64,000 nt of DNA from Desulfatiglandales bacterium (GCA_963667015.2 CAXXJJ010000004.1:2592001-2656000), one strand, 5' to 3'. Shown: positions 48,534-59,018, counted from the stretch's first letter. The notes: a model not told the origin generated them from the letters alone. Made by a program: numbers and translations.

Positions 48534-50239
48534 ACGATTCCAATCTTGCATTAATATATAATACAAGACCAACCCAGACAGAGGTGCCTGATACCCTGAA
48601 GGAGCGGGAGGACCTGCGCCAACTCGTTATTGATTATATTCAGAACAATAAGCTTTGCGCCCCGCTTGGTCTTAATGAACTGAAACATCATGCAACCGAA
48701 CTACTGAAACTGAATGGATGGTCGCCTCAATATGTTGATTTCGCGGCTGTCCTCATTAACAATGCCCTCTGGCGAGAGACCGTGGCTGCCATCCCCTATA
48801 ACAAGCGTTTGCTGCTGATGCCGCAATGCCTGCGTTCAGCAGAAAAATGCAGGGCACCGATAGATGAGATAGGTTTGCTCTGTGAACACTGCGGGTCCTG
48901 CATCATACATGATTTTAAGCGCCAGGCCGAAGACCTGGGATATGCGGTACTGATCGCCGAGGGTTCACCAATCGTGATGACGCTTATTGAAACCGGGCAG
49001 ATAGAGGCGGTTGTAGGTGTAAGCTGTCTTTCCACACTGGAGAAGGTCTTTCCATATATGGAGGCAGGCGCTGTACCCGGAGTCGCTATCCCGCTGCTCC
49101 ATGACGGGTGTAAAAATACGGCTATAGATACGGAGTGGCTTTGGGAGGCGGTTTATGAAATATCCGATAATCCGTCCATACCACGTCTTGACCTTAAAAA
49201 GGAACGTGAACGGGTTGATGCATGGTTTACACAGGAGGCACTTGAATCCCTTATTGAGACCGAAGGCACGCAAACCGAAGCAATTGCAATGGAATGGATG
49301 GCCCTTGACGGAAAAAGGTGGCGTCCCTTTCTCACCGCATGCACGGTTTCTGCCCTGACGACGGATACAAAAATTCCTGTGCAGAATATTCAAAGAATAG
49401 CTGTAGCGGTTGAATGTTTTCACAAGGCCTCGCTTATCCATGATGACATAGAAGACGGCGATGAAATAAGATACGGGCAGGAAACCCTTCATGCAAAATA
49501 CGGAATCCCTGTTGCCCTCAATACAGGAGACCTGCTTATAGGATGGGGATATCAGCTTCTATCCGAACTGGATGTTCATGCTGACCTGATTGCTGCACTG
49601 ATTAACAGTGCCTCACATGCACATCGGATCATGTGCCTGGGACAGGGTGAGGAGCTTGTCTGGTCAAAAAATCCCAGATGTCTTTCTTCGGATCAGGTCC
49701 TGGATATCTTCAGGAAAAAAACATCTCCGGCCTTTGATGTTGCCCTGTCGCTGGGAGCTATGCTCTCCGGAGCAAATGATTCGGAACTAGAATGTCTGCA
49801 TCAGTACAGTGAGGCCATGGGTCTGGCATACCAGATCCGTGATGATCTGGAGGACTATCTGGTTCCGGGTGAGGACCAGCACCGGCTGCTGGAACGTCCC
49901 TCTATAATAATGGCACTTGCCACTGAACAGGCACACGGTCAGTCACGTCATCTGCTTATGCGGGCATGGCAGGAGCCGGACGTAAGGGAAACTGAATTTG
50001 ATGTTATAATGGCTCTTTTTAAAGACCTTGAGATTGATAAAAATGCACATGTTCTGATGACACAAACAAAGACCAGGGCTATTGACACACTGACACACCT
50101 GCAGAATACTGCCCTCAAGGGCCTTCTACGCCGGGTAATCAGCAAGATATTCGGTGACTTTGATTTAATGGGATGCTGTAATGACTCTCAGACAAGACAT
50201 GATTCGGACCCTGACCAGGGCTCCACTGCTGCTGAATAA
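48530..50239 (+). CDS. DUF116 - trans-isoprenyl diphosphate synthase fusion
   Basis: PQCLR..KC...CEHCGSC...GVSC (DUF116-like); GKRWRP, HDDIED (FARM), GQGEE, KKT, QIRDDLED (SARM). Confidence 0.88.
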   Translation: MNDSNLALIYNTRPTQTEVPDTLKEREDLRQLVIDYIQNNKLCAPLGLNELKHHATELLKLNGWSPQYVDFAAVLINNALWRETVAAIPYNKRLLLMPQCLRSAEKCRAPIDEIGLLCEHCGSCIIHDFKRQAEDLGYAVLIAEGSPIVMTLIETGQIEAVVGVSCLSTLEKVFPYMEAGAVPGVAIPLLHDGCKNTAIDTEWLWEAVYEISDNPSIPRLDLKKERERVDAWFTQEALESLIETEGTQTEAIAMEWMALDGKRWRPFLTACTVSALTTDTKIPVQNIQRIAVAVECFHKASLIHDDIEDGDEIRYGQETLHAKYGIPVALNTGDLLIGWGYQLLSELDVHADLIAALINSASHAHRIMCLGQGEELVWSKNPRCLSSDQVLDIFRKKTSPAFDVALSLGAMLSGANDSELECLHQYSEAMGLAYQIRDDLEDYLVPGEDQHRLLERPSIIMALATEQAHGQSRHLLMRAWQEPDVRETEFDVIMALFKDLEIDKNAHVLMTQTKTRAIDTLTHLQNTALKGLLRRVISKIFGDFDLMGCCNDSQTRHDSDPDQGSTAAE

Positions 50240-51083
50240 TTCAACCGACCTTGTTCGCGGCTTTCTGCTTAACCATCTTGCGGATGACGGGGGTTTTCTT
50301 GGACGTGACAATAGAAGCGACCTTTATTATACGGTATTTGGCCTTGAACTGCTGATTGCCCTGGATTGTCCTGTACCTGTTGATTCTCTTAAAAAATATC
50401 TTAACGCCTTTGGTCAGGGCCGGAAACTTGACCTTGTACATCTGGCCAGCCTGACGCGCTGCCATGCAAATCTTGCGGATGCAACATCGAACACTATTAA
50501 GCCTGCCTTAAAGGAGGGGCTGGCTGAACGATTACTTGAGCTTCGGTGTAAAGACAGGAGCTTCAGCACCGGAGTCTCTGATGAACACGGAAATGCCTAC
50601 GGCTGTTTTCTGGCTCTTGCCATGTACCAGGATCTTGATATACCCGTATCCGATTCAGGGGCTATCCGGCGATGCCTTGAAACACTGATCATGGATGACG
50701 GAGGATTCGCCAACGAGGTGACCGGTCGGATATCGGCTGTTCCGTCAACGGCCGCAGCCCTTTGCTCCTATTACATGCTTGGCCTTCCCTTTCCCGAAAA
50801 GCCGGTGGAATGGCTCATTGAGCAGATTCATTCTCACGGCGGTTTCTGTGCATTATCAGTAGAAAATCCTTTATGCATGCCGGACCTCCTAAGCACTGCA
50901 ACTGCCCTTCAGGCACTTTCATACAGCCGGAGTAAAAAGATCCAGCGTGAACAGCACCTTGATTTTCTTGACAGCCTGTGGAATCCTCAGGGTGGGTTCA
51001 GCGGAAGCTGGGCTGATCCCACTGTTGACTGTGAATATACATATTACGGGCTCCTTGCACTGGGTTACCTGGCGGATATTTGA
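50181..51083 (+). CDS. Prenyltransferase/squalene-oxidase-repeat protein (single alpha6-alpha6 barrel)
   Basis: Repeated DGGF; SDLYYT, DLLST, DCEYTYYGL. Confidence 0.8.
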   Translation: MTLRQDMIRTLTRAPLLLNNSTDLVRGFLLNHLADDGGFLGRDNRSDLYYTVFGLELLIALDCPVPVDSLKKYLNAFGQGRKLDLVHLASLTRCHANLADATSNTIKPALKEGLAERLLELRCKDRSFSTGVSDEHGNAYGCFLALAMYQDLDIPVSDSGAIRRCLETLIMDDGGFANEVTGRISAVPSTAAALCSYYMLGLPFPEKPVEWLIEQIHSHGGFCALSVENPLCMPDLLSTATALQALSYSRSKKIQREQHLDFLDSLWNPQGGFSGSWADPTVDCEYTYYGLLALGYLADI

Positions 51084-52867
51084 TGAAAAACATTGAAACA
51101 ACCATCAAGAGACTGCAGCAGATGCTGCTGGCTGAGAGTAATAAAAAGGGTTACTGGACCGGAGAACTGAGCAGCAGCGCCCTTTCTACCGCGACTGCAG
51201 TTTTTGCACTTGCGGCTGTGGATAAAGATGCCCATGCATCATATATTGATGCCGGCATCAACTGGCTGATAAAAAACCAAAATCCTGATGGTGGGTGGGG
51301 AGACACAACAATCAGCAAAAGCAATCTCAGTACTACACTTCTGGTTTACAGCGCCATGACTGTTACCTCACCGGATGACAATACTTTAGCTGCATGTGAA
51401 GATTTTATAAGCAGAATCGCTGGCTCTCTCGATCCGCAGGATATTGTCAGTGCAATACTAAAGGCCTATGGATCTGACAGGACCTTTTCCATACCGATTC
51501 TCACAATGTGCGCCCTTGCCGGAAGACTGGGAAAGGACGGATGGAAGTATGTGCAGGGACTCCCATTTGAACTCGCCATGCTTCCCCAGAAATGGTTCAA
51601 ATGGCTTAACCTGCCCGTTGTAAGCTATGCGCTCCCTGCACTGATTGCCATAGGCCAGGTTGGATTTTACCATCGCCCTCCGGGCAATCCCTTTAAAAGA
51701 ATTATAAGAAGCCGATCACGCTTAAAATCTCTCAATGTCCTTAAAGGTATTCAGCCTGATAACGGCGGTTTTCTTGAAGCCACACCCCTTACAAGCTTTG
51801 TTTTGATGAGTCTTGCAAACTGCGGACACAAAGATCATGCTGTTTCAGCAAAGGCAGTCAAGTTCCTGCTGGCCAGCCAGCGGACGAACGGGAGCTGGCC
51901 GATAGATACAAACCTTTCAACCTGGGTTTCTACCATGGCTGTTCAGGCACTTGAGCCTGAGTCAATCAGCGATACACGGCAAAAATTTATTTTAGCCTGG
52001 CTTCTGCGTCAACAGCATAGAAATATTCACCCATATACCATGGCTGATCCCGGGGGATGGGCGTGGACCGATCTGCCAGGGGGAGTGCCTGATGCTGACG
52101 ACACACCCGGCGCGCTTATGGCCCTCAAGATTCTAGACCCCGAGGCTAAATATTCACTTGATGCTGTTGAGGCTGCAACATCATGGCTGATTGGCCTGCA
52201 GAACCTGGATGGAGGAATACCCACCTTCTGCCGCGGCTGGGGTAAACTGCCCTTTGACAAAAGCTGTACGGATTTAACAGCACACAGCCTTGCAGCGTGG
52301 TCTTCTTGGAAGCCATACATGAAACCTGATCTTCAGCAGGCAATGGGAAAAGCAATGCAGAAGGGCTTAATTTTTTTAAATAAAACACAGCGTCATGACG
52401 GTTCATGGGTACCTTTGTGGTTCGGGAATGAACATATTAAAAACATGGTGAATCCTGTTTATGGAACAGCAAAGGTACTCTCACATCTTTCCCGTTTGAC
52501 TCCGGAATTGCTTTTTGCTGTAAAAGATTCCTGCAATAATGGCCTTAACTGGCTGCTTGGGGTTCAAAAGGAAAACGGCGACTGGGGGGGGGATGAAAAG
52601 GCCCCTGCCACAATTGAAGAGACCGCCCTGGCGCTCGACGCTATTGCCGGCTATGCTGTTATGGATGGATTTTCCGGTGACCTGACTAATGCTGTAAAAA
52701 GATCGCTTGAAAGAGGCGCAGGAGCATTGATTGAAATGATCAATAAACATGATACCCTGCCCGCCAGCCCTATAGGTCTCTATTTTGCCAGATTATGGTA
52801 TTATGAAAAACTTTACCCCCTTATTTTTTCTCTATCGGCCTTGCGAAAAGTCAGACAGATAGTATAA
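51080..52867 (+). CDS. Squalene-hopene cyclase-like class II terpene cyclase
   Basis: QW repeats (QNPDGGWG, QRTNGSW, QRHDGSW, QKENGDWG); GGWAW...PDADDT (DxDD). Confidence 0.88.
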   Translation: MMKNIETTIKRLQQMLLAESNKKGYWTGELSSSALSTATAVFALAAVDKDAHASYIDAGINWLIKNQNPDGGWGDTTISKSNLSTTLLVYSAMTVTSPDDNTLAACEDFISRIAGSLDPQDIVSAILKAYGSDRTFSIPILTMCALAGRLGKDGWKYVQGLPFELAMLPQKWFKWLNLPVVSYALPALIAIGQVGFYHRPPGNPFKRIIRSRSRLKSLNVLKGIQPDNGGFLEATPLTSFVLMSLANCGHKDHAVSAKAVKFLLASQRTNGSWPIDTNLSTWVSTMAVQALEPESISDTRQKFILAWLLRQQHRNIHPYTMADPGGWAWTDLPGGVPDADDTPGALMALKILDPEAKYSLDAVEAATSWLIGLQNLDGGIPTFCRGWGKLPFDKSCTDLTAHSLAAWSSWKPYMKPDLQQAMGKAMQKGLIFLNKTQRHDGSWVPLWFGNEHIKNMVNPVYGTAKVLSHLSRLTPELLFAVKDSCNNGLNWLLGVQKENGDWGGDEKAPATIEETALALDAIAGYAVMDGFSGDLTNAVKRSLERGAGALIEMINKHDTLPASPIGLYFARLWYYEKLYPLIFSLSALRKVRQIV

Positions 52868-52883
52868 CAATTAAATAAAGGAG

Positions 52884-53522
52884 ATGATTATGAAAGTATT
52901 ACTTGTAAATGGAAGTCCTAATAAAAACGGGTGCACAAACACTGCCCTGGAAGAAGTAGCTAACTCACTTATTAAAGAAGGAATAGATGCAGAGATATTC
53001 TGGATCGGCAATAAACCAGTTTCAGGATGCATTGCCTGCCGTAAATGTGCGGAAAAGGGGAAATGTGTGATTGATGATGCTGTTAACGAGTTCGTGGACC
53101 GGGCAGACAGCGTCGATGGTTTTGTATTCGGTTCACCGGTTCATTATGCCGCTGCCGGCGGTGCAATCACATCCTTTATGGATCGTGTCTTCTTTTCCGC
53201 TGCCATGAGCGGGAGAAGATTCTTTTACCTTAAACCTGCTGCCTGTGTTGCCTCGGCACGCCGGGCCGGAACAACAGCTACCTTTGATCAGTTGATGAAA
53301 TATTTTACTATTTCAGAGATGCCGGTTATCTCATCCAGGTACTGGAACATGGTGCACGGATCAAACCCGGAGGAGGTTAAGAAAGACCTTGAAGGTTTAC
53401 AGATCATGAGGGTGCTGGGCAGGAACATGGCATGGTTTTTAAAATGCAAAGAGGCCGGAGAAAAGGCAGGTGTACCGCTTCCCGAAAGAGAAGACATAAT
53501 ATTCACAAATTTTATCAGGTAG
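52884..53522 (+). CDS. Iron-sulfur flavoprotein / flavodoxin family
   Basis: NGSPNKNGCT, CIACRKC....C, GSPVHY. Confidence 0.88.
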   Translation: MIMKVLLVNGSPNKNGCTNTALEEVANSLIKEGIDAEIFWIGNKPVSGCIACRKCAEKGKCVIDDAVNEFVDRADSVDGFVFGSPVHYAAAGGAITSFMDRVFFSAAMSGRRFFYLKPAACVASARRAGTTATFDQLMKYFTISEMPVISSRYWNMVHGSNPEEVKKDLEGLQIMRVLGRNMAWFLKCKEAGEKAGVPLPEREDIIFTNFIR

Positions 53523-53536
53523 TTTCAAGGAATAAT

Positions 53537-54007
53537 ATGAAAAAAACAATCTATTTTGCAGGTCCTCTTTTTACACAGGCAGAACGAATGTGGAACCTTC
53601 GACTGTCCGAACTTATAGAAACTAAAAGAAATGACATTGAGATATTCCTCCCCCAAAAATTCGATAAGGATGCAATAATCGATGGGAAACTGGATTTCGG
53701 GAAAATATTTCAACTCTGCATAGATGGAATCGATAATTCCGAAATTATCGTTGCAATACTTGACGGCTCTGACAGCGACTCCGGCACATGTTTTGAGTGC
53801 GGTTATGCATTTTCTAAAGGAAAGCCCATTATAGGAATTCGAACCGATATAAGAGGCGGCGAGGATAATGGCCTAAACGCCATGCTTAATCACGGCTGCA
53901 ATTCTGTAATTCATTATGAATCCGTCAAAGACCCTGAAAAAGACATGGAGAATCTTGCTCAGCTTATTATAGCGGATATCGGGCATCAATTAGGACTGGC
54001 TCTATAG
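53537..54007 (+). CDS. Nucleoside 2-deoxyribosyltransferase family protein
   Basis: IYFAGPLF, DSGTCFECGYA, NAML. Confidence 0.88.
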   Translation: MKKTIYFAGPLFTQAERMWNLRLSELIETKRNDIEIFLPQKFDKDAIIDGKLDFGKIFQLCIDGIDNSEIIVAILDGSDSDSGTCFECGYAFSKGKPIIGIRTDIRGGEDNGLNAMLNHGCNSVIHYESVKDPEKDMENLAQLIIADIGHQLGLAL

Positions 54008-54104
54008 AATGTAAAAAAGGACAACCATAAATAAATAAAAAACCCGGGATACTTTTTTTATATTTCAATTTTTCTTTTTAAATCGGGCAACAGGCCTATT
54101 CCAG

Positions 54105-56120
54105 TTAATTCTGGTTATCCAGTACGTCCTTTACCTTACGGGCAAAATTATCTATTGAAAAAGGTTTGGCTATGTAGTTAATGCCTTCATCCAGTACACC
54201 TCTGTGAACAATCACATTTGCAGTGTACCCGGACATATAAAGTACCCTGAGGCTTGAATATCGTTTATTCAATTCAATCGACAATTCACGCCCGTTCATC
54301 TCCGGCATTACTATATCTGTGACGAGCAGATCGATTTTCTCAGGGTAATCACCTGCCAATCTCAGTGCATCTTTCGGGCTTGAGGCACATATAACATTGT
54401 ATTTAAGATTCTTAAGCACCCTCTCTATCAGCTCAAGGATAGCATCATCATCTTCGACAACCATTATTGTCTCACCCTGCCCCATAGAGGGACCTAATAC
54501 TTTTTCGTCAACAGGCTTGAAAGACTGTGAGATGGTCTCTTTTGGAAGATATATTCTAAAGGTAGTCCCTTTCCCGGGTTCGCTGTATATATTAATAAAA
54601 CCATTGTTCTGCTTGACTATCCCGTATACGGTTGAAAGACCAAGCCCGGTTCCTTTCCCCAGTTCTTTCGTAGAGAAGAACGGTTCAAAGATTTTTTCCT
54701 GCTGTTCTGAAGTCATTCCGGTTCCGTCATCACTCACTGCGAACATGGCATATTCTCCGGTCTTAAAGCCCAGATGGTCAGCACAATATTCCTCATCGAA
54801 AACGGTGTTTCCTGTCTCAATAGTAACCTTGCCGACATTATCTATTGCATCCCTCGCATTGACACAGAGATTTACCAGGATCTGATCAAGCTGAGAGGGA
54901 TCCATCTTGACCGGCCAGGTGCCTTCCCCGGGTACCCATGCCAGATCAATGTCTTCACCTATTAAACGTTTGATCATTGAAAACATGCTGTCTATTGTAT
55001 CATTCAGATCAAGAACCATTGGAGCTATGGGCTGTTTTCGTGCAAATGCGAGCAACTGTCCGGTTATATCTGTCGCACGCCTGGAAGCTTCCAGTATATG
55101 CGTGAAATATCCGTGCAGTGGATCATCTGATTTAACCTCCATTAAGGCAAGTTCAGCATAACCCGTTATAACACTTGAAATATTGTTATAATCATGGGCC
55201 ACACCGCCGGCCAGGTTTCCGATAGCCTCCATTTTTTGAGCCTGCTGAAGCTGTTTCTGCAGCTTTTCCTTTTCTTCTTCAGCTTTTTTTCTTCCACTGA
55301 TATCGATCCATGTTCCCAGTGAATAGACTATTTCTCCATTTTTATATATCGGAGTAACATCTAACTCAGACCAGGCATGTTCACCATTTTTCTTTCTGTA
55401 TATCCGCTCGCTCCTTTTAACCCCTTCTCTTTGTCTTTTTTCAATAGCCCCATATTGTGCATCATCAACCGACCAGGGATAAGGTATCTTTAAACCCAGA
55501 ACATCTTCAGAAGAATAGCCGGTCAGTTTTTCAAAAAATGGGTTTACATATCTCACCGAGGTGTCGGGGTTATAGACCACTATTGCAGTTGGCGAATGCT
55601 CAAGCAAACTTGAATTGAATGAGTCACTCTCCTGTAATGCCTTTTCTATCCTTTTACGCTCGGTTATATCTCTGGTAATCTCTGTAAAACCTGTTACTTT
55701 ACCTTCTTCTTTAATGGGTGAAAACAGGGTCTCATAAGCGCATCCTCTCTTTTCATCACTGTATTCAGCTATAAATTTCTCTCCCTTTAGCACCCTTTCC
55801 TGTAATGAGTCCCAGTATTTTATTATTTCAGGTTTTTTCGACATTTTATGGGGTGTTAACCCCGGCTCTATTTCAATGTTTAAGAGTTCCTCTCCCTTTT
55901 CTTTATATTTTGCATTAAAGGCCTGAGATACTCCATTACTGTCACAAATCAGAATATAATCTTCGGTATTCTGCATTAAGGCATTATAATAGCTCTGAAT
56001 CTGCCTTAATTTATCCATCTCTTCAAGCATCCCGGCTTTTTCTTCTTTTTGTTTTTCAAGAAGCTTTTCAAGGGTTTCAATTTTATTTAGTAATTCCTTA
56101 TTAGACAGTTCTTTTTCCAT
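54105..56120 (-). CDS. PAS-PAS hybrid sensor histidine kinase/receiver (CckA-like)
   Basis: AHDYNN, NLCVNARDA, FEPFFSTK, GTGLGL, LLVTDIVMP. Confidence 0.93.
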   Translation of the reverse strand: MEKELSNKELLNKIETLEKLLEKQKEEKAGMLEEMDKLRQIQSYYNALMQNTEDYILICDSNGVSQAFNAKYKEKGEELLNIEIEPGLTPHKMSKKPEIIKYWDSLQERVLKGEKFIAEYSDEKRGCAYETLFSPIKEEGKVTGFTEITRDITERKRIEKALQESDSFNSSLLEHSPTAIVVYNPDTSVRYVNPFFEKLTGYSSEDVLGLKIPYPWSVDDAQYGAIEKRQREGVKRSERIYRKKNGEHAWSELDVTPIYKNGEIVYSLGTWIDISGRKKAEEEKEKLQKQLQQAQKMEAIGNLAGGVAHDYNNISSVITGYAELALMEVKSDDPLHGYFTHILEASRRATDITGQLLAFARKQPIAPMVLDLNDTIDSMFSMIKRLIGEDIDLAWVPGEGTWPVKMDPSQLDQILVNLCVNARDAIDNVGKVTIETGNTVFDEEYCADHLGFKTGEYAMFAVSDDGTGMTSEQQEKIFEPFFSTKELGKGTGLGLSTVYGIVKQNNGFINIYSEPGKGTTFRIYLPKETISQSFKPVDEKVLGPSMGQGETIMVVEDDDAILELIERVLKNLKYNVICASSPKDALRLAGDYPEKIDLLVTDIVMPEMNGRELSIELNKRYSSLRVLYMSGYTANVIVHRGVLDEGINYIAKPFSIDNFARKVKDVLDNQN

Positions 56121-56419
56121 TTTTTTAATTTCTAAAATTATAGGCGTTTATAAATGACTTATGTCTTAAAACCGCAGGATACCTGCCAACGGTGTGTCGG
56201 ATACTACAATATTTTCCTGACCTGATAATGTATTAAAATTATTTTCTAATGTAAATTGAATATAATTTCAATATATCTTACCCTATTTCAAAGAATGAGG
56301 GGTATAAATAACGAGGTGGGGGATAAAAAAGAGACACAATCTCAATTTTGGCGTTCATGAAGACAATATAATGAGACAAATCTCCGCCCGGCGTTTGTAT
56401 TATAATGGGAATTAAAGAC

Positions 56420-56690
56420 ATAAAACAGTTTTTCCATCTGGGGATCCAAACCATATTTAATATAACTGCCTTTTGTACCTTCAATATGAAACCTTTTATT
56501 CGGGCATGGCGAAAAAAATATCAATACCGAATATGTCTGTTACTTTAGCGATAATTTTGTATTCTCCATCATCAAGCGGCTTGAAATCGGCATGCCTGCT
56601 CATAGGCGTTTACGCCGATGTTGTGAGCAAGGTAATAATCAAAATATTCCACGCCGAATCTTTCAAGCTGTTCATTGAATAATTGAATAC
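56420..56690 (-). pseudogene. Fused gene fragments (aldo/keto reductase-like and Gfo/Idh/MocA-like)
   Basis: FNEQLERFGVEYFDYYLAHN and RFHIEGTKGSYIKYGLDPQ in broken frames. Confidence 0.5.
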
Positions 56691-56873
56691 CTGTCAGCGT
56701 GTATTCAATTCACTATCTTCAATCATGTTAATTAAATTATAATTCCGAAATTAGAAAGAGAAATAGAACAATCATGTATAATTATTGTATTATCCTACAA
56801 TTCTCAGGAGAAATGGATTTTATTTCATTCAGAAACAGCGGTTTCATATTATGGAAATCGTGGTTAAGGTAGA

Positions 56874-56901
56874 TTGACTATACATATAATGACGATATAA
56901 T
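56874..56901 (+). promoter_or_regulatory. Putative sigma70 promoter
   Basis: TTGACT-N16-TATAAT; same layout upstream of the paralog at 59438-59465. Confidence 0.55.
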
Positions 56902-56936
56902 ACATAAGACATCGCTAACTAATAAGGAGATCAGTT

Positions 56937-58199
56937 ATGAAAATTATTAGGGTAACTCTATTAATCTCTATTTTACTTACCGCCAACGCGATCTATGCAT
57001 CTGACTGGCCCCAGTATCTCGGGCCGGACAGGAATGCTGTATCCGGTGAAAAGGGTCTGCTGAGATCCTGGCCTGCTGAAGGTCCAAAGGTCTTGTGGAC
57101 AGTTTCCCTTGGCGAGGGCTTTGGCGGCGCAGCAATAAGCGAAGGTAAAGTTTATGTGTACGACCGGGTTGACGACAAGATGAATATACTCCGATGCCTG
57201 GATTTGATGACCGGAAAGGAAGAATGGACCTTCAGTCATGAGGCCCCCGGATCAGTCAGCTTTGACGGATCAAGATCTGTGCCAACCGTCGACGGCAGCA
57301 GGATCTATATATGTGACCTTGTTGGAAACATTCATTGTATTGACAGGAATACACATAAAGCTCTCTGGCATAAGAATATCTGGGCAGGTTTTGGAGCGAC
57401 TGACCTGCCAACCTGGGCAATTACCCAGAATCCCCTTGTTTATAAGAATATGGTCATAGTTGCCTCACAGACTCAGGAAGCAGGCATCATAGCCTGCGAC
57501 AAAGAAAACGGAAATATCATCTGGAAAACGCCCGGCCTGCCCGGAAATGTCGGATATGTTTCACCTGCCATTGTAAAAATCAACGAAGAGGACCATCTGA
57601 CTATGATAACAGCAAGTAGCCGTGACGGCTCAACCAAAGGGGCAGTTCTCGGTTATAATCCGGAAGACGGAAAACATTTATGGACATATGAAGGATGGCA
57701 GTGCAGGATACCAGTCCCCAATGTTACTCAAATAAGTGACAATCAGCTCTTCATCACAGCCGGATACAGGGCCGGGGGGGTACTTTTTCAGGTCGATAAA
57801 AATGGAAATTCATATGCGGTTAAAGAGATAATGACCTCAAAGAAATTCGGAACCCATGTGCACCCTGCAATTCTGTATAAAGGGCATCTCTACGGCCAGT
57901 GCAGCAATAATGAGGTACAGGATGGTTTCATGTGCATGGATCTCTCCGGTAATATAAAATGGGAAACAAGGAGGAAGCCGGGTTTTGACAAAGGAGGGTT
58001 TATCCTGGTTGATGATATGATTATAAGCAGTGACGGAGAAAAGATGCTTTATCTTATCGAACCAACTCCCACCGAATTTAAGGTGCTGGCGAAGGCTGAA
58101 CTGCTTGATACAAAACAGGCCTGGGCGCCACTGGCACTAAGTGACGGGAAACTTGTGATAAGGGACCAGAAACAGATGCGGTGTATTCTGGTAAAATAG
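56937..58199 (+). CDS. Secreted PQQ-like beta-propeller protein
   Basis: Signal peptide, DWPQYLGPDR, GEGFGG, GSRSVP, WAPLALSDG. Confidence 0.88.
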   Translation: MKIIRVTLLISILLTANAIYASDWPQYLGPDRNAVSGEKGLLRSWPAEGPKVLWTVSLGEGFGGAAISEGKVYVYDRVDDKMNILRCLDLMTGKEEWTFSHEAPGSVSFDGSRSVPTVDGSRIYICDLVGNIHCIDRNTHKALWHKNIWAGFGATDLPTWAITQNPLVYKNMVIVASQTQEAGIIACDKENGNIIWKTPGLPGNVGYVSPAIVKINEEDHLTMITASSRDGSTKGAVLGYNPEDGKHLWTYEGWQCRIPVPNVTQISDNQLFITAGYRAGGVLFQVDKNGNSYAVKEIMTSKKFGTHVHPAILYKGHLYGQCSNNEVQDGFMCMDLSGNIKWETRRKPGFDKGGFILVDDMIISSDGEKMLYLIEPTPTEFKVLAKAELLDTKQAWAPLALSDGKLVIRDQKQMRCILVK

Positions 58200-58269
58200 A
58201 GGTAGATATTGTCAAGGGGCACGTGTATCTCTCTGCGGGCTTTGAGAGTGTTTATGGCCTTATGACTAT

Positions 58270-58310
58270 AAAAAAAGGGGACCCTGGTCATTCACCGGGG
58301 TCCCTTTTTT
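58270..58310. terminator. Bidirectional Rho-independent terminator
   Basis: aaaaaaggggaccctggt...accggggtccctttttt between convergent genes. Confidence 0.85.
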
Positions 58311-58391
58311 AATTTTGGAGTTAGATAGTCAGGCAGTCCTGCAGCCCTCTGTATTACAGCAATTTCATCTTTGAGACTGCATTGTAATAAC

Positions 58392-59018
58392 CTAGTTCAT
58401 GATCTCAGCAAATCTGTTATAGACATTCTTTGCCACTTTATATGATGTATATTCCTCATATGGAATAGACATACTTAAAAATTTTGGAGGCTGTTTTGCC
58501 AATGATGGATCTTTTTTCTCAATTTCATACTTTATTTTTTTCACTTCACTGTTAAAACCTGCAAGAATCTTCTTACGGGTTTTTAATAACAGTTTTTCCT
58601 TCATTTCGTGCTGTGCCTTCTCAAGAAGTGTTATACCTGTATCAATCCTTTTTTCTTTAAAATATTCCTGCGCATCTGTAACAATTGAATGAAGGTTCAA
58701 CACCCTTTCCTGTTTGATCTCATCCATCAGCTTATCCATTTCAGCTGCTGCTTCCTTTAAGACCTTTTGGGTTACCTCCAATTCGTCATATATTTCTTCC
58801 ATAAGTTCTACAGCCCGGTTTGTTTTCATACTAGGGTAAACATTCTTTTTTTTCGCAAATTTAACAGCCTGTTTAAGCAGCTTTCCTATTTCTTTAATTC
58901 TTCTTTTTGTTGATTCGCCTTTCTCAAAATAAGAAATAACGTCTCTCTGTAAGAACTGATGAATTCTTACCAGACCGTAGGGCAAACCGTTTTTTTTGTA
59001 TCCATAAAGAAAAAACAT
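58392..59018 (-). CDS. Hypothetical helical/coiled-coil protein
   Basis: 208-aa ORF with aggag RBS; rich in K and E. Confidence 0.7.
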   Translation of the reverse strand: MFFLYGYKKNGLPYGLVRIHQFLQRDVISYFEKGESTKRRIKEIGKLLKQAVKFAKKKNVYPSMKTNRAVELMEEIYDELEVTQKVLKEAAAEMDKLMDEIKQERVLNLHSIVTDAQEYFKEKRIDTGITLLEKAQHEMKEKLLLKTRKKILAGFNSEVKKIKYEIEKKDPSLAKQPPKFLSMSIPYEEYTSYKVAKNVYNRFAEIMN

